Below, piece by piece: positions 1 through 11,842 of a DNA stretch of 64,000 nucleotides. Under the pieces are notes generated by a model, which worked only from the letters and a program-made list of their open reading frames with translations, did no database searches and was not told where the DNA came from. Positions within the stretch are counted from its first letter, which is position 1; every line of letters begins with the position of its first letter. The translations under genes and the position numbers were made by a program. The stretch is from Vitrella brassicaformis CCMP3155 (lineage: Eukaryota > Protista > Chromerida), in assembly GCA_001179505.1 (NCBI GenBank), contig CDMY01000401.1, positions 21,950 to 85,949 on the forward strand, in the 5' to 3' direction.

Positions 1-328
1 GATAACACACAGAGGACATCCAGCACACCACAGGACAGGTCGACGAACGGCAGCGCACACAGACGACATCCATCCGACCTGCACACACAGACACAAGTCA
101 GCAGCCAGTAGTGACTCAACTGTGGCTGTTCGTCCACCTGTGGTGGGCATTGACATACAGCAGGTGGATGCCGCCCATCCGGCGGCCGGGCGATGAGTCC
201 TCAGGCTGCTTGACCAGCTCATAGCCGCCGCACGCCAGCAGCGTCAGATCTCCGTGGTGGTCTCGGCGGCCACGATGGACACTGCAGCTGTCCAGACAGT
301 CAGCGTTGAAGAGCGTCTGAAACTCCAT
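1..328 (-). CDS. DPH7: DPH7/WDR85-like WD40 diphthamide biosynthesis protein, 5' part (runs off window)
   Basis: ATG at 328 gives MEFQTLFNADCLDSCSVH...LLACGGYELVKQ...RMGGIHLLY. A spliced exon near 78..10 gives ...SCGVLDVL(W). These resemble WDR85 N-terminal LLACGTYQL / RLGRLFLY / AILDMKW as I recall them. Confidence 0.65.
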
Positions 329-370
329 CTTTCTATCACTCTCTTCCAGAGAGGATGCAGTCCGCTGAGT

Positions 371-388
371 GCGAGCTTTCGAGCTCGC
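371..388. promoter_or_regulatory. AGCTCGC motif pair in divergent spacer (DPH7 / CCCH)
   Basis: GCGAGCT at 371-377 and AGCTCGC at 382-388, between ATGs at 328(-) and 496(+). Confidence 0.55.
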
Positions 389-495
389 CGTTTCTCCGCT
401 TGAGAAGCGAAGGCCTTGGCTGATCTGCCCGTCTACACGTGACGTGGATTGGTGGATCTGGTGCAGGGCGGACAATACTTCACCGAGTGCATGTG

Positions 496-2576
496 ATGAC
501 GAACAACGACGACCGCGCTGAGCGCGTGCGGTTGAGGAGCGGAGCAGCAGAGTGCACTGGACACAGTGGCCAAGGTAGCCCTGTCAACCCATCAGCAGAT
601 CTGTTAGTGCTCAACCAACTTGTGTGTATCTTCCATCCATCCCGGCAGGCACCTCCCTCCCTCCCTCTCTGATGTCCGGCATGCAGTGCTACAAAACCAA
701 AATCTGTCGATTCTTTGTGTAAGCAACACACACAGCACAGACACACGGGCCAGGGAGGAAACACACCCTGATTTGATTGATATGATCCGGGATCTCCTGC
801 TTCATGACGATGTGTGGCTGTGCGGCTGTATGCAGCGAGAGCCGATGTCAGCGGGGGTCTGACTGCACATTTGCCCACTCCTTGGAGGAGCTCAGGGCCA
901 AACCTGACCTCAGAAAGGTGCGACGTAGAGAGAGAAGGAACCCACGCACACCGCACGCGAGAGATGGAAGTGGAGGATCGACGCGTGGGCACGTTGTGTG
1001 TGTGCGTGTGTGTGTGTGCGTGTGTGTGTGTGCGTGTGTGTGCGTGTGTGTGTGTGTGTGTGTGCGTGTGTGTGCAGACGAGGATTTGCAAGCGGTGGCT
1101 CAAGGGATGCTGCAGCGACACATACTGCGACTTCGCCCACGGTAGGTCGGTAGGTCAGACGGTCGGTGCACACCAGCATGACGGCTCGATACGATAGACA
1201 CACACACCTTCTTGCGTCGTGTGGGTCGGTCAGGGACTGTGGAGTTGCGTCCGCCCGTATCGGTTTACAAGACGAGCTTGTGCTTCATGTGGCAGAAGGG
1301 CCGGTGCAGCTATGAGGCGGACGAGTGCCGGTACGCACACGGCATTCACGAGCTGCGGACACTTCCCCTTAAGTACGCCAACCTCACTTAAACCAGACAG
1401 GCATAGCACTCTCAGCACACACACACAATGCAACTTGTGAACGTCTCTCTGTGTAGGTTGAATGGCCAAGGCGGCGCAACTGGCGCTGCGGCAGAGTGCA
1501 TCGACACCCCGGAGTGCCAGCCCTACACCCTTGTGGACCAGCCCGAGTGACCATACCCAGCCACACACTTTGTCCCTCCCGCAAACAGACAGACACGAAA
1601 TCCTCCCTCTGTGTGCGTGTCGGTGGATGTGTGTGTCAGGTGGTTGGCATCGGGCGACGACACCACTCCCATCTCGTCAACAGCGGAGAGCACACCAGCA
1701 GCCGCTCTAGCCAACGGGCAGAGCCACACGCCATCTGTGTCGAGCGTCGTCGACGACGGCCGCTGGGTGCCGCCCCCGCCGACCCTGCTGCCACCACCAC
1801 CAACAATTCCACCCCCACCCCCGCCCGCGCCCAGCTGTCCACCGGCACAGGGGGACTATGGCGACTACTGGCAGGGGGCATATGAGACCAATCAGCAGCA
1901 GACCATGGACACGTAAGCAAGCCGCCAGGATACTCACCGACAGACAGACATACAGATGGTTCCATGTCGGTCGGCTGGTCGACTGTTCGTTCGTTAGGTG
2001 GTATCGGTACGCATCGGGTGTTGGCCAGTATGGAGGCTCCGTGCCGTCCTACCCGACGCAACTCGATACCCAATACTCGTGAGTCGTCCGTCGACAGCCA
2101 GCCATCTGGCCAGACAGGCATGGGAGGGAGCATTAGGCTGTCACGTGGGTGTGTGTGTGCCGCCTGGCTGGCTGCAGTTCGTTTCCCTGTTACCCAATCT
2201 CGGGCGGCTTTGGCACTCATTGCGCCTGGCATGGCAACGGGTGGGTATGCTGGCGGGGCGGGCAGGCACACACACAGGAGACGCACTCATCAACACACCT
2301 GGTTATTTGGTTCGTTGACACATGCTGCCAACAGGTGCGAAATGGGCAGCTGCCCCTCATACTCATACGACGAGACCATGCAGGCCCAAAACCATCACCA
2401 CCACAACCAGCACCAGGCAGGGTACGCAACGCCCTCCCAGCCCTCCACACAGACAGACAGACAGACAGACAGACAGATGGACCCATGTGTGTGCCTGCCT
2501 GCCTGCCTGCCTGTGTGTGCGTGTTGTGTTCGTTAGGTACACCGGCTACGTGGAAGACGGCCAGTGGAGCGAGTGA
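496..2576 (+). CDS. Triple CCCH zinc-finger RNA-binding protein (multi-exon)
   Basis: Spliced exons give YKTKICRFFVESRCQRGSDCTFAHSLEELR, TRICKRWLKGCCSDTYCDFAHG and YKTSLCFMWQKGRCSYEADECRYAHGIHELR, then a P/Y/G-rich tail ending GYTGYVEDGQWSE* at 2576. Start is 496, or alternatively 672. Confidence 0.85.
995..1077. repeat. (GT)n intronic microsatellite, representative of those in most introns of the window
   Basis: Long GT/GC-interrupted dinucleotide run ending at the CAG acceptor. Similar (GT)n, (CA)n, (GACA)n, (GGAT)n and (GGGA)n tracts occur in most introns. Confidence 0.95.
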
Positions 2577-3472
2577 GGATTTTGTGACGGGCCAGTGATT
2601 TAGTCAGCGAGAGATGGATGGACGAGAGGGACGTGTAGGCTGCAAACAGGGAGGGGCGAATGGCCGGGATAGTAGGTGACAGGGAGAGAGGGGAAGAGGG
2701 GAGGGATGTGTGTGTGTGTATACGCCATGCTGCGATGCCATAAATACAATAGGCTGTGTATGTGTGCCTTCTGGGTGTCTACTGACCTGACTGATTGACT
2801 CGGCGGCTTTTTTGGCGGCGAGCCGAAGGGACCATGCAATCGGATAGACAGCAGCTGGCTGTATGTAGCCGATGTGTCAATACATATCTATACTCTTCAC
2901 GTCTGTCTGTACCTCTCTGTGTCTGTCTGGGTGTGCGGTATTATCTGTATCCATCCTGGCGCTTGTATAGGAGAGGGAGAGGGGGAGGGGGCAGGGCTGG
3001 CTGCTTTTCCTAGCTGTCGTTTGTGTGATGTGCGCTGCCTGCCGTTTTTGTGCGATGCGATGTGGCGTGGCTGTGTGTGGGTCGCTTTAAGCCAGAAAGA
3101 ACCAACAGGTGTGTATGTGTGTATGTGTTGCGTGACTAGGTGGGTGGGTGGGTGGCAAGCTGGTTGTGGGGCCGATGGCCAATGATGCAACAACAACGCT
3201 GGTTTTAAGCGGTGTCGTGTGCGTGTGCGTGTGTGTCGACCGACACGCCCCCTCCCCTCCCTACCCCTCTCGCTTGACATACTTACACATTCTTGTGTGA
3301 CCCTTTCCTTGATCAGTCCGTGTGTCCGCTTGAGGTCCTTCGTTCAACCGTGCGTCAGTCTTTTCTCATTATGGTGATCGATTTGCGCAGGCAAAAGAAA
3401 ACAGCTCGGGGGAACAAATGGGATGGCAATGGGGACACTCACTCACTCACTCTCTCTCTCTCCCCCTCTCAC

Positions 3473-6400
3473 TCAGCCCGTATAGATGCGGTGCTGCTCG
3501 GTGTTGTCATTGTCATCGCAGCCCGCCGTCGTGCACATCTGCCAGAACTCCCGTACACCTGCACACACACACACACGCACACATACACACACACACACGC
3601 GTGTTCACTCATTCACTCACCCATGCCCTCATAAATCAGAGACGTACCTTCCACAATCCAGTTCCGATTCGTGTGTGCGCCGTTCCTCTCCATCTGTCTC
3701 GGCACGCTGCTGCTCTCTCCCGCCGTGCCTGCCGGCTGCATGCCCCAATAGCGCGGCATCGTCTCACCACCCGCCCTCGTCCGCGGCGTCAACACGGGTC
3801 GCACCTCACGGTGCACATTGGCATTGTTGGAAGCGGGTGTATGCCAGGGGTCGGTGGGCCACATCGGGGCATCAGACTGATACGCATAGCGCACCACACG
3901 GGGCGGGCGGGACGACGGCGCAGCGTAGTAGCGGACGTAGGAAGTGGTCTGAAAGGCCTGAGGGGGCGGATGGTACACTGTAGCGGCAAGAGGGGCGGGC
4001 GGAGGAGTGGGGGGCGGGTAGGGCGCCTGGAAGGTGGGCGGGAGAGACACGGGAGGCGACACAGCACCACCAACAGCACCAGCCACAGGGTGTGCGAATC
4101 GGGGAGTCGACGCATAGTGTGCTGCAGGGGCAGGGAGGGGAGTCATCGCCCGCGGCGGGGGGGACGGGGGCGGCAGGTTGTTGTTATTGTTGTTGTAGTT
4201 GTTGTTGTTGGAGGCACTGGCAGCTGGGCCGGCCGTGACCATCCTGACAAGAAGCGTCGATCGGGAAGGCGCCACGCTCGAGCCCTCGGGACGGTCACGA
4301 GCAGACCAACCACGCCTGACACAAGAGAGCCCGGCCGGCATTGGTCATTTTGCCACCTCCCTTCTGCCCTCATGTCTCTCTCCCCGTACCTACCTGGATT
4401 GCTGGTCCTCCTCGTGCAGCCTTGGTTGCTGGTCGGGAGGGCTACCAAACCCACGGCCCACCGGCCCGCCATTCCCATTCTGGCGCGGTGAGTCCTTGCC
4501 CCCTCTCGTGACCACGCGGATCTTGACGCCCAGCGATCCGTTCTCTCTGCGATACACAGTGCCGTTGCCGATCGACCCTCGGGGAGAGTAGTCGCCTGCA
4601 CCACGTCGGCCGGCGAGACACATGTATAAGAATATGAAGCCGTCCCTTTTCTTCGGTGAGTGAGTGAAGTTTGTGAGTTCCGTACTTCCTTCTTGGTTGA
4701 GGCTCCCGTGGTTGAAGCTGCCGTGGTTGACGCTCCTGCTGGCGGGGCTGATGGATGTCTCTTCTCGGTTGACCTGCGGCGGGCTGTTCCGCTGGTACTG
4801 GTCTTGCACGAGCCGGAGGGCCATCGTCATGTCGCCCTCGGCGGCCCGGACGGCACGCTGCACTATGATCGGGTCAAGGGTGGGGAAGGCTTGCAAGACC
4901 ACACGGAAACACGCATTCTCAATCTCTGACAAATGAATGAACACCAGACAGTTCAGGTGAGTGTGCGTCTTGTGTCTCCTGTGTCTGTCTTATGCTGACC
5001 ATCTTGCTCAAACTGCTCCCTCAGAGCTTCTGCGATGGGCATGGAGGTCTGTTCGGGGGCGGGTGGGCCAGCAATGGCCGGCAAGGGGCTGCGACGGCCG
5101 GTGTTCAGCAGCTGCTCGGGACGCCGTGCGCGACGACCAAGCCTGACCACCCACAGACAGACCAAGCGACATGTCTTTCTTTCTTTCTACGGCAGCGTAC
5201 GTGCGTACCTCTCCTGCATCTGTCTGACGATCCCATGGGCCCCATCGCTGGTCTCGCGGATGCGCCTCATATAGACTTCAAAGTGCTCACCCGTCCACTC
5301 CCCGGCGAAGCTCTCCGCCTGGACCAACTTGCCAGCCTCGAGCAACTCCCAGCCCCCGGACACCCCCTCACGCCGCGGCTCCGTCAGCCCATCACCCCAC
5401 TGCTCCTCGTCTGCCACTGCCGCCATCTCGCGTCTCCTCTCGGTGAAATCGTCTTCTTCGTATTCGTGGTCGTCTTCCTGACCCTCTGTGTCGGCCTCCC
5501 GGTCTCTGTCTCTGTCTTGAATAATCAAGGGGTCTCTCAACGGCGGGGGGGCTGATGGGGCAGAAGGGCCGTCCTCGCTGCTGTCGGTCATGAAGGCAGG
5601 ATAGGCGTGAATGTCGGGCTGCCGCGGGATGTACTTGGGGATGCGCGGCATCTCCCACGCCTCCTCCTTCGGCCGTGACACCTCTGGAGCGTTGTCATGG
5701 TATCCTGCAGCCGAGTCACCTGCCTCAGCGGCCGCTGCTGCTGCTGCTGCTGGGGACGGCAGGGGCAGGGCAGGGATGCGGGGCGAAGAGAGGCAGCTGA
5801 ACGGGGGCGAGGGACATGGCCGCGGCTGGCGGGAAGGGCGGTAGATCTGCACATCCAGGTCGGTGACGCGGGAGGACCCGTTGGGAATGCTCCTGGGCGG
5901 CGACCGCAGGTGGACCTCAACAGTTGGCATGGACGGCCCACGCTTGACTGTGTTGATCCCCTGTTCCTTGCACGCCACCTCCGTCTGGGTCTCCATTGCA
6001 CAGAGAGGTGCGGCCTGATCGCCGACGGCAGCATCCGCAATGACAGGGCTGGCCTGGGTGTCCTTGTGGAAGGCTGGCGGCGGGGGGAGTGGGTCAGTGG
6101 TGCTGTGGCGGAGAGAGAAGACGCTCGCGCCGGTTTGCTGCGAGAAGGGTTCGGTCGACGGAACAGCAGCAACCTGAAAGCGATCAAAGTCATACAAGCG
6201 TCAATTTACCCGTGAATGTCCCTCCCTCTCTCTCTCTCAGTCCTGCTGGCTCACCTGTTTGGTGGCTGTCGCCACCAGGCCGCGTGTGTCGACGCCGCCC
6301 TCCCGCGTCTGCGCGTTGACGGTGGCCACGCCCGTCGCCCTCACGGCAGCCTTGTCGGTGTTGACTCCCCCCTCCATCACATGTGGCTGGACCTGCACAC

Positions 6401-8743
6401 CGCTTGCCTTGCCGTGCGGGTTCGCCTGGGTTGCCACGCAGTGCCGATCGGGCCGTGCCTCTACCGACTTCTGACACATGTGCGGTTTCTGCTCCTTCTC
6501 CGTAACCACTGCCGTCTCTTTGGTATCGACGAGACTTTGCACTCCCTGGTGCACCAGCAGGGGCGCGGGGGCGGGGGGAGGGGGGGCCATTTCCACCGCA
6601 ATCGACTTGGTCACTGGTCGCATCTCTGTTGCGATGGAGGTCATCTCGGGTGCGGCCATGGTTGTCCCATCTCTCATCGCAGTTGAGGCCTGGACGCCCC
6701 CCTCTTGCACGGTGCTGACGGCCATCACTCCCGCCTCGTGTGTGGGTGGAGGGGGCGGGGGCACTGCCTGGACGCTCTTCTCCTCCCCCCATGGCAGAGC
6801 GGTCGTGTCGGTCGATGTGGTCTTGAAACGGGGGGCTGCGATGGGGTCGGTTGCCGTGTCTTTCGTCTTGAGCAGGTGGGCCGTGTCGGTGGACTTGGCG
6901 CGTACAGACGGGCTGGCTTGGGTGGTGCTGCTGTGGAGGGACGCTTTGGCCGTGTTGGTGCCAATGGTGGACTGGAAGAGCCCTGTGTAAGTGTCGGTGG
7001 TCTTCTCGGCCAGGGAGACCAGGCCCGTTGTCATCGTGTCAACCGTCTGCTGCACCAGCCGCTCCGTCCCGACAGACTTCTCCCCCCTGCTGGTGGCCTC
7101 AGTGCTGACTGCGATCGAAGAGGTGTATCTGCTGTCCTGTGTGCCCATATCGGCCATCTGCTTGGTTGCCGAGACGCCCTGCTCCATAGTAGTGGGGGGC
7201 ACCGGCAGGAGGTCGGCCATGATGGCCGTGCTGGTGATGTCCTTGCTGTCCGTCATGGTGCTCATCGACGCCAGCTGCTGGGGAAGCGTGTTGATGCCCG
7301 CCTCGCAGATTGGCACGTTGGTGCCGTCAGACGCGTCGCTGAGGGATGGCTTGTCCGTCGATGTGCCGTAAGACCGCACCTCCACGTCGGTCGAGACAAA
7401 CACGGAGGCCTTGGCCACTTCCAGTGTCTCGGTGGTGGCGTGCTTGAGCGACGGGCCGTCAGTCATTGTGCCCATCGGCATCGACAAGGGCAGCACGGGA
7501 GACACCCCTGCGTCGACTGTGTGGAGGATAGCGCGGTCACCCACGGCCGTGTCCTTCATCTCGGGGTGGTAAGTTCTCAGCATGAGGTCGTGATGCAGCT
7601 CCGTCACGGTGATGTCCGTGTTGCAATCCGCCTCAGAGCAATCCTTCGTGGCCGTGTTGACAGCAACTGTCGACGCGCCCACTTGGGTAAATGCGGCGGC
7701 ATCAACCATAGCCACATACGCCCCAACGCCCCTCTCCTGGCTGGCCAGCGGCAGGGGCACCTCTCCACCACAGGAAATGTCGGTCAGCTGGGGGGCAGAC
7801 TGCACGCACTGGTCGCTCATGGCAGCGGTTGATCGGGTCATGTCTTGCACGGGCAGGGCGGTGCTGCTGAAGGTCCTCAGGAAGCTGCTTGTGTAGCTCG
7901 TCTGCGAGGCCGCATTGGCCAGAGGAGCGCCCGCCTGCACGCCCGCCTCCTCGCGAACACCCACAGGGGCACCTTTGCTGCTGGGCGGTGGGGCGGCCGA
8001 GGGCTTGTCCTTCTTCCCCTCAGTGACCCCCCCGTCCCTCTGGCGCTTGTCTTGGGGCAGTGGGGGAGGCGGGGCTGCAGTGGGCTGGATGTCACGGATG
8101 ACAATGGTGGGCTGGTTGGCGAGCACTGGGCGGGCTGGCGAGGAGCCATTGGCAGCAGAGAGGCCCGTGTCTTGGTAAGCCAGAGAGGGGCTCGGTCTGC
8201 CGGCAGAGGGCCCCGGCCCCTCGCCGCCTGCATCGACAGCCCTGCTTCCACCAAAGGAGGACAGACACAAAGAGAGACGTGACATCAGATACGAATCTTC
8301 TTGAGACACCTGTACCTGTGTTCCGCCTCTTCGCATTCGGGATCCTGACCCTCCCTCGTGGCAAGCTCCCCCCTCACCGACATGGCCCGCGATGCGTACG
8401 AGACAAAGGCAGCGGCGTCCGATCGTGCCGGCGTGTGCCAGCCATGCGAGCCTCCCGTTCCGTCGTCACCCAAGCGAAAAAACGCCCTCCCCAAGTCCGA
8501 CGACGTGGTCGCATCGCCTCGGGCTTCGGCCCTTCTGGGCGGTTCTGCCTGCGGTCCGCTGGCGACGGGCTCTTCCTCTTGCCGGATGCTCGTGGGACCT
8601 TGGTCGGCAGCTGCAGCAGCAGCAGCGGCAGCGGCATTGCCTGCCGTCTCGCGCTCGCCGTTGCCGTTGTTGCCATTGGCAGCATCTGCTGCGGCCTCTT
8701 CGCGGCTTCTGGAGCGGGAAGGGAGGAACGCAGCAGCCCACAT
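3473..8743 (-). CDS. Large (about 1400 aa) mostly disordered protein with a T/V short-repeat array and a CUE/UBA-like domain
   Basis: Canonically spliced in-frame exons join ORFs 8285..8743, 6237..8336, 5187..6197, 4953..5165, 4390..4944 and 3613..4341, ending ...QHRIYTG* at 3473. CUE-like segment VLQAFPTLDPIIVQRAVRAAEGDMTMALRLV at about 4810-4905. Confidence 0.7.
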
Positions 8744-9058
8744 GACGGTTCAAGGGACTTTGAATGTCTCTACTAGCTTTGCCGTCTTAGTGGAAGTTCA
8801 ACGCGCATCGCCCTGACAACAGAAAGAAGGGAGACGGCAGATGCCACTTTCTAGTGTTCGTGGAGTCACAGCGGCTTACGTCGCGTGGATGTTTCGACGA
8901 AATTGTACCAGATACGGCCGACGAAGGTGAGATGAGGACCAGAATGGGCCTCGGAAGAGAAGGCCGCCGCGTCACGGTTCCCTCTCGTGACCCCCATCTC
9001 CGCCCCCAGGCTCGCAGTCTCGGCTGGCAGCTGCTCGCTGGGGGAAGAGGAACAAACA

Positions 9059-11360
9059 ATGGACGGCATCAGCATGTGGGTGGGGACATGGTGAGCCAAC
9101 AACCGCTGGAAACTCATGACCAGTGACATTCAAACTTTCACAATTGACTGTGTTGTGTTGGTGCATCATGATGTGTTGCTTGGTTGCTGCAGGAATGTGG
9201 GTGCCCGTGACGGCGAGTGGGAGGCGCCGCCAGTCGAGGGGCAGTACGAACTCGCTGACTTCATCGGTCCGTAGCCTCCCATCTCTCATATGAGGAGCCC
9301 TGCTTATGTCTGCCTTGTGTGTTTGTATGTTCGTGTGTCGTCCCTCCTCCCTCTCATCTCTCACCCCTCACCTCTTACTGCCTCCCTGTCCGCTTCCTTC
9401 CCCTTCCTGTCTGTCTGTGTGGTCTGTGTGCAGATGCGTCATGCGACATCCTGCTGCTCACTCTCCAGGAGCACATGAGTGAGCATGTAAGGTCAGCCAG
9501 CAGACAGACATACAGACAGTTCAATTATTGTTTTCTGCTCGTTCGTGTGCAGCGAATTTCATCTACGCGTTGGTGTCGGGGTTGCTGGAGCTCATCACGC
9601 CCAGCAAGTTCAGCCGCCTCGAGCTGCCACAGAGCCAAGTGGGCGGACTCGGTGAGGACGGAGAAAGAGAGAGAAAGACACGCGCAATCCAATCCATCGG
9701 CCTGTATGTATGTATGTTTGTTGGGTGTCGTCCATCCATTGGTGTGGTGCAGGGGATGGCGCCTTCCTGCAGCCCAAGTACACGAGCATCGCTTGCTGGG
9801 TTAGGAGGGATCTGCTCGCACGGGGCGTCATTCAGCTCCTCAGAACAGCCATAGTGCCACTAGGTAGACAACCCTTGGCCACCATGCACAAGACGAACCA
9901 GTCAGTCCCCCGTGACGTCTGTGTGTCTCTCCCCGTGTTGGACAGGAATGGCATTCGGTTCTAAGGGTGCGGCAGGTGTTGCGTTGAGGGTAGGACGTGC
10001 CCGTGTGGCCTTCATCGGCTGCCACCTGCCGGCCTCGTCCAACCAGGCCCGCAAGGAGGCCCTCGATTTCATCCTGCGGCGGTCTGGGTGGCTGCTGGAG
10101 GGACACAGCGAGCCCATCGGCACCGGCGCCGCACATGTTGGTCAGACACATGACTGGATGGATGGAGGATGGGTGAACACCAACGCATGGTGGTGTGACG
10201 GTTGTTGTGTTCAGTGCTCGCTGGCGACCTCAATTTCCGGCTGCGGCCGGATTTGCAGCCACCACAGGCTGGCAAGTGACGTCACAATACCTGACAAGCG
10301 ACTGACGTGGTGACTTGGGTGGGTGTGCGCTATGCTATGTCCGCAGTTGCTTTGTTGAAGGACGGCCATGCGTCTTCTCTGCTTGCGTGGGATGAGGGGA
10401 AGGATGAGATGAGGCGGGGAGGACTTCTCGTGGTGAGCAGGCTTTGCCGTCTTGAGATTAGTGGTGATTGGATTGTTCTCGCGTGTACGCTCATACTAGG
10501 GCTATGAGGAGGCTTCGATGGGGCCTGACTTCTTCCCGACGTACAAGAAGAAAGAGAGTGAGACGCACAGACGCATAGACACACACAGGCAGCCAGGCAA
10601 ACAGATGGGCAGAGAGGGATGACCTCCGACGTGTGTGCCACTCATTCATTTGGCTCAGATCGCCGCCCCTTCGACATGAGGCGGCCAGACTGGATGGCAG
10701 CGGTAGGCTGAACCCACTTACGACACGACCAGACAGCCACATGAATTCCACCAGAGGGCTGCATGCCTGCCTGCCTGCCTGCCTGTATGTCTGGTCTGCA
10801 GGAGTATACGGTGGTTCACACGCTGCAGTGGTACAAGGGTGGGGGCAAGGAGTGGCGCCTACCCGCCTTCTGCGACAGGGTCCTCTTCAAACAGGCCCCC
10901 AGGGTCCGTATGTCCATCAGCCACTTGCCGAAGCCGTACCTGCATTCGTTCCTGGCTGGGTGTGGCCTGTGTGTCTGTCCTTCTCTCTCTGCAGTCTGGT
11001 TCGCAGTTGGGTGCCGTCGCGTCCTCCTACCGGGCCATCTACACCACACCCCCCAAACCCACACACAGTCGGTCGCCACACACACGCCACCACAGGGGCA
11101 CACACACGGGGGGGGTGGCTGGCTGCTGATCAGGGCTGCTCAACATGAGCGACCACTCGGCGGTGTGCTGCTCGCTGGCGCTGCGCAACCAGAACGCCCC
11201 ACACAGGTCAACGTCCATTCAGTGCCTGTCGTCCCCCGCCCTGCCGGCGCCTTCGCCGCCCGCCAGCGAGACATTCTGGCCGTCACTCGCCGCGTTGGGG
11301 CTCCGAATGCCGTTCGAACAGACAGGTCCGTTGACAAACGACCTACACAGGTGGATCTGA
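9059..11360 (+). CDS. Inositol polyphosphate 5-phosphatase (EEP fold)
   Basis: The spliced product carries all family motifs in order: VGTWNVG, DILLLTLQE, GSKGAAGVAL...FIGCHLPA, GDLNFR, FFPTYK, PAFCDRVLF, SDHSAV. Stop at 11360. Confidence 0.9.
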
Positions 11361-11842
11361 GTGGACGCATGTGGTCCATGCGTGTGTGTGTGCCATGCGC
11401 AGTGCCTTCGGCCCCTGCGCTGCCTCCCCTGCCCTCATCAATGTCCCCTGCAGGTGGTGGTGGTGGTGTGTGGGTCGGCAGTTCCAGCCCTCCGGGGTCG
11501 CACGAGGACAGCTAGGGGGGCTGGATGGATGGATGGATGGGAGGACATTGTGTGAGGGCTGCACTGGACTGCACTGCACTCCACGTGTGCGTGGCGTGGC
11601 TGACTTCCTTATGTGTGCGTCTTATGTGCACACCCTGGAGCCCAAGGGATAGTTGGGCCATACGACCGATTGTGTCTCCATCGCCATCTACACGTACTTC
11701 ACATTCTGACGTCTCTGTTATGTCCCTTCCTGGATGACACTTGCGCATCATGATGTATGAGCAACGAAAAAGGAACGGCCTGACGGATTGAGTGGTCCTT
11801 ACATCTCGTTCCTCCCCCACTCTCAACCATACAAGCATCGAA

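Noticed and set aside
496-690. Suspected frameshift at the start of the CCCH gene
   Set aside because: Using the acceptor at 648 keeps exon 1 in frame with MSGMQCYKTKIC, so there is no lesion.
910-1203. Numerous short ORFs rich in CVCV, HTHT, TDRQ or PSLP
   Set aside because: They are translations of intronic (GT)n, (CA)n, (GACA)n and (CCCT)n microsatellites.
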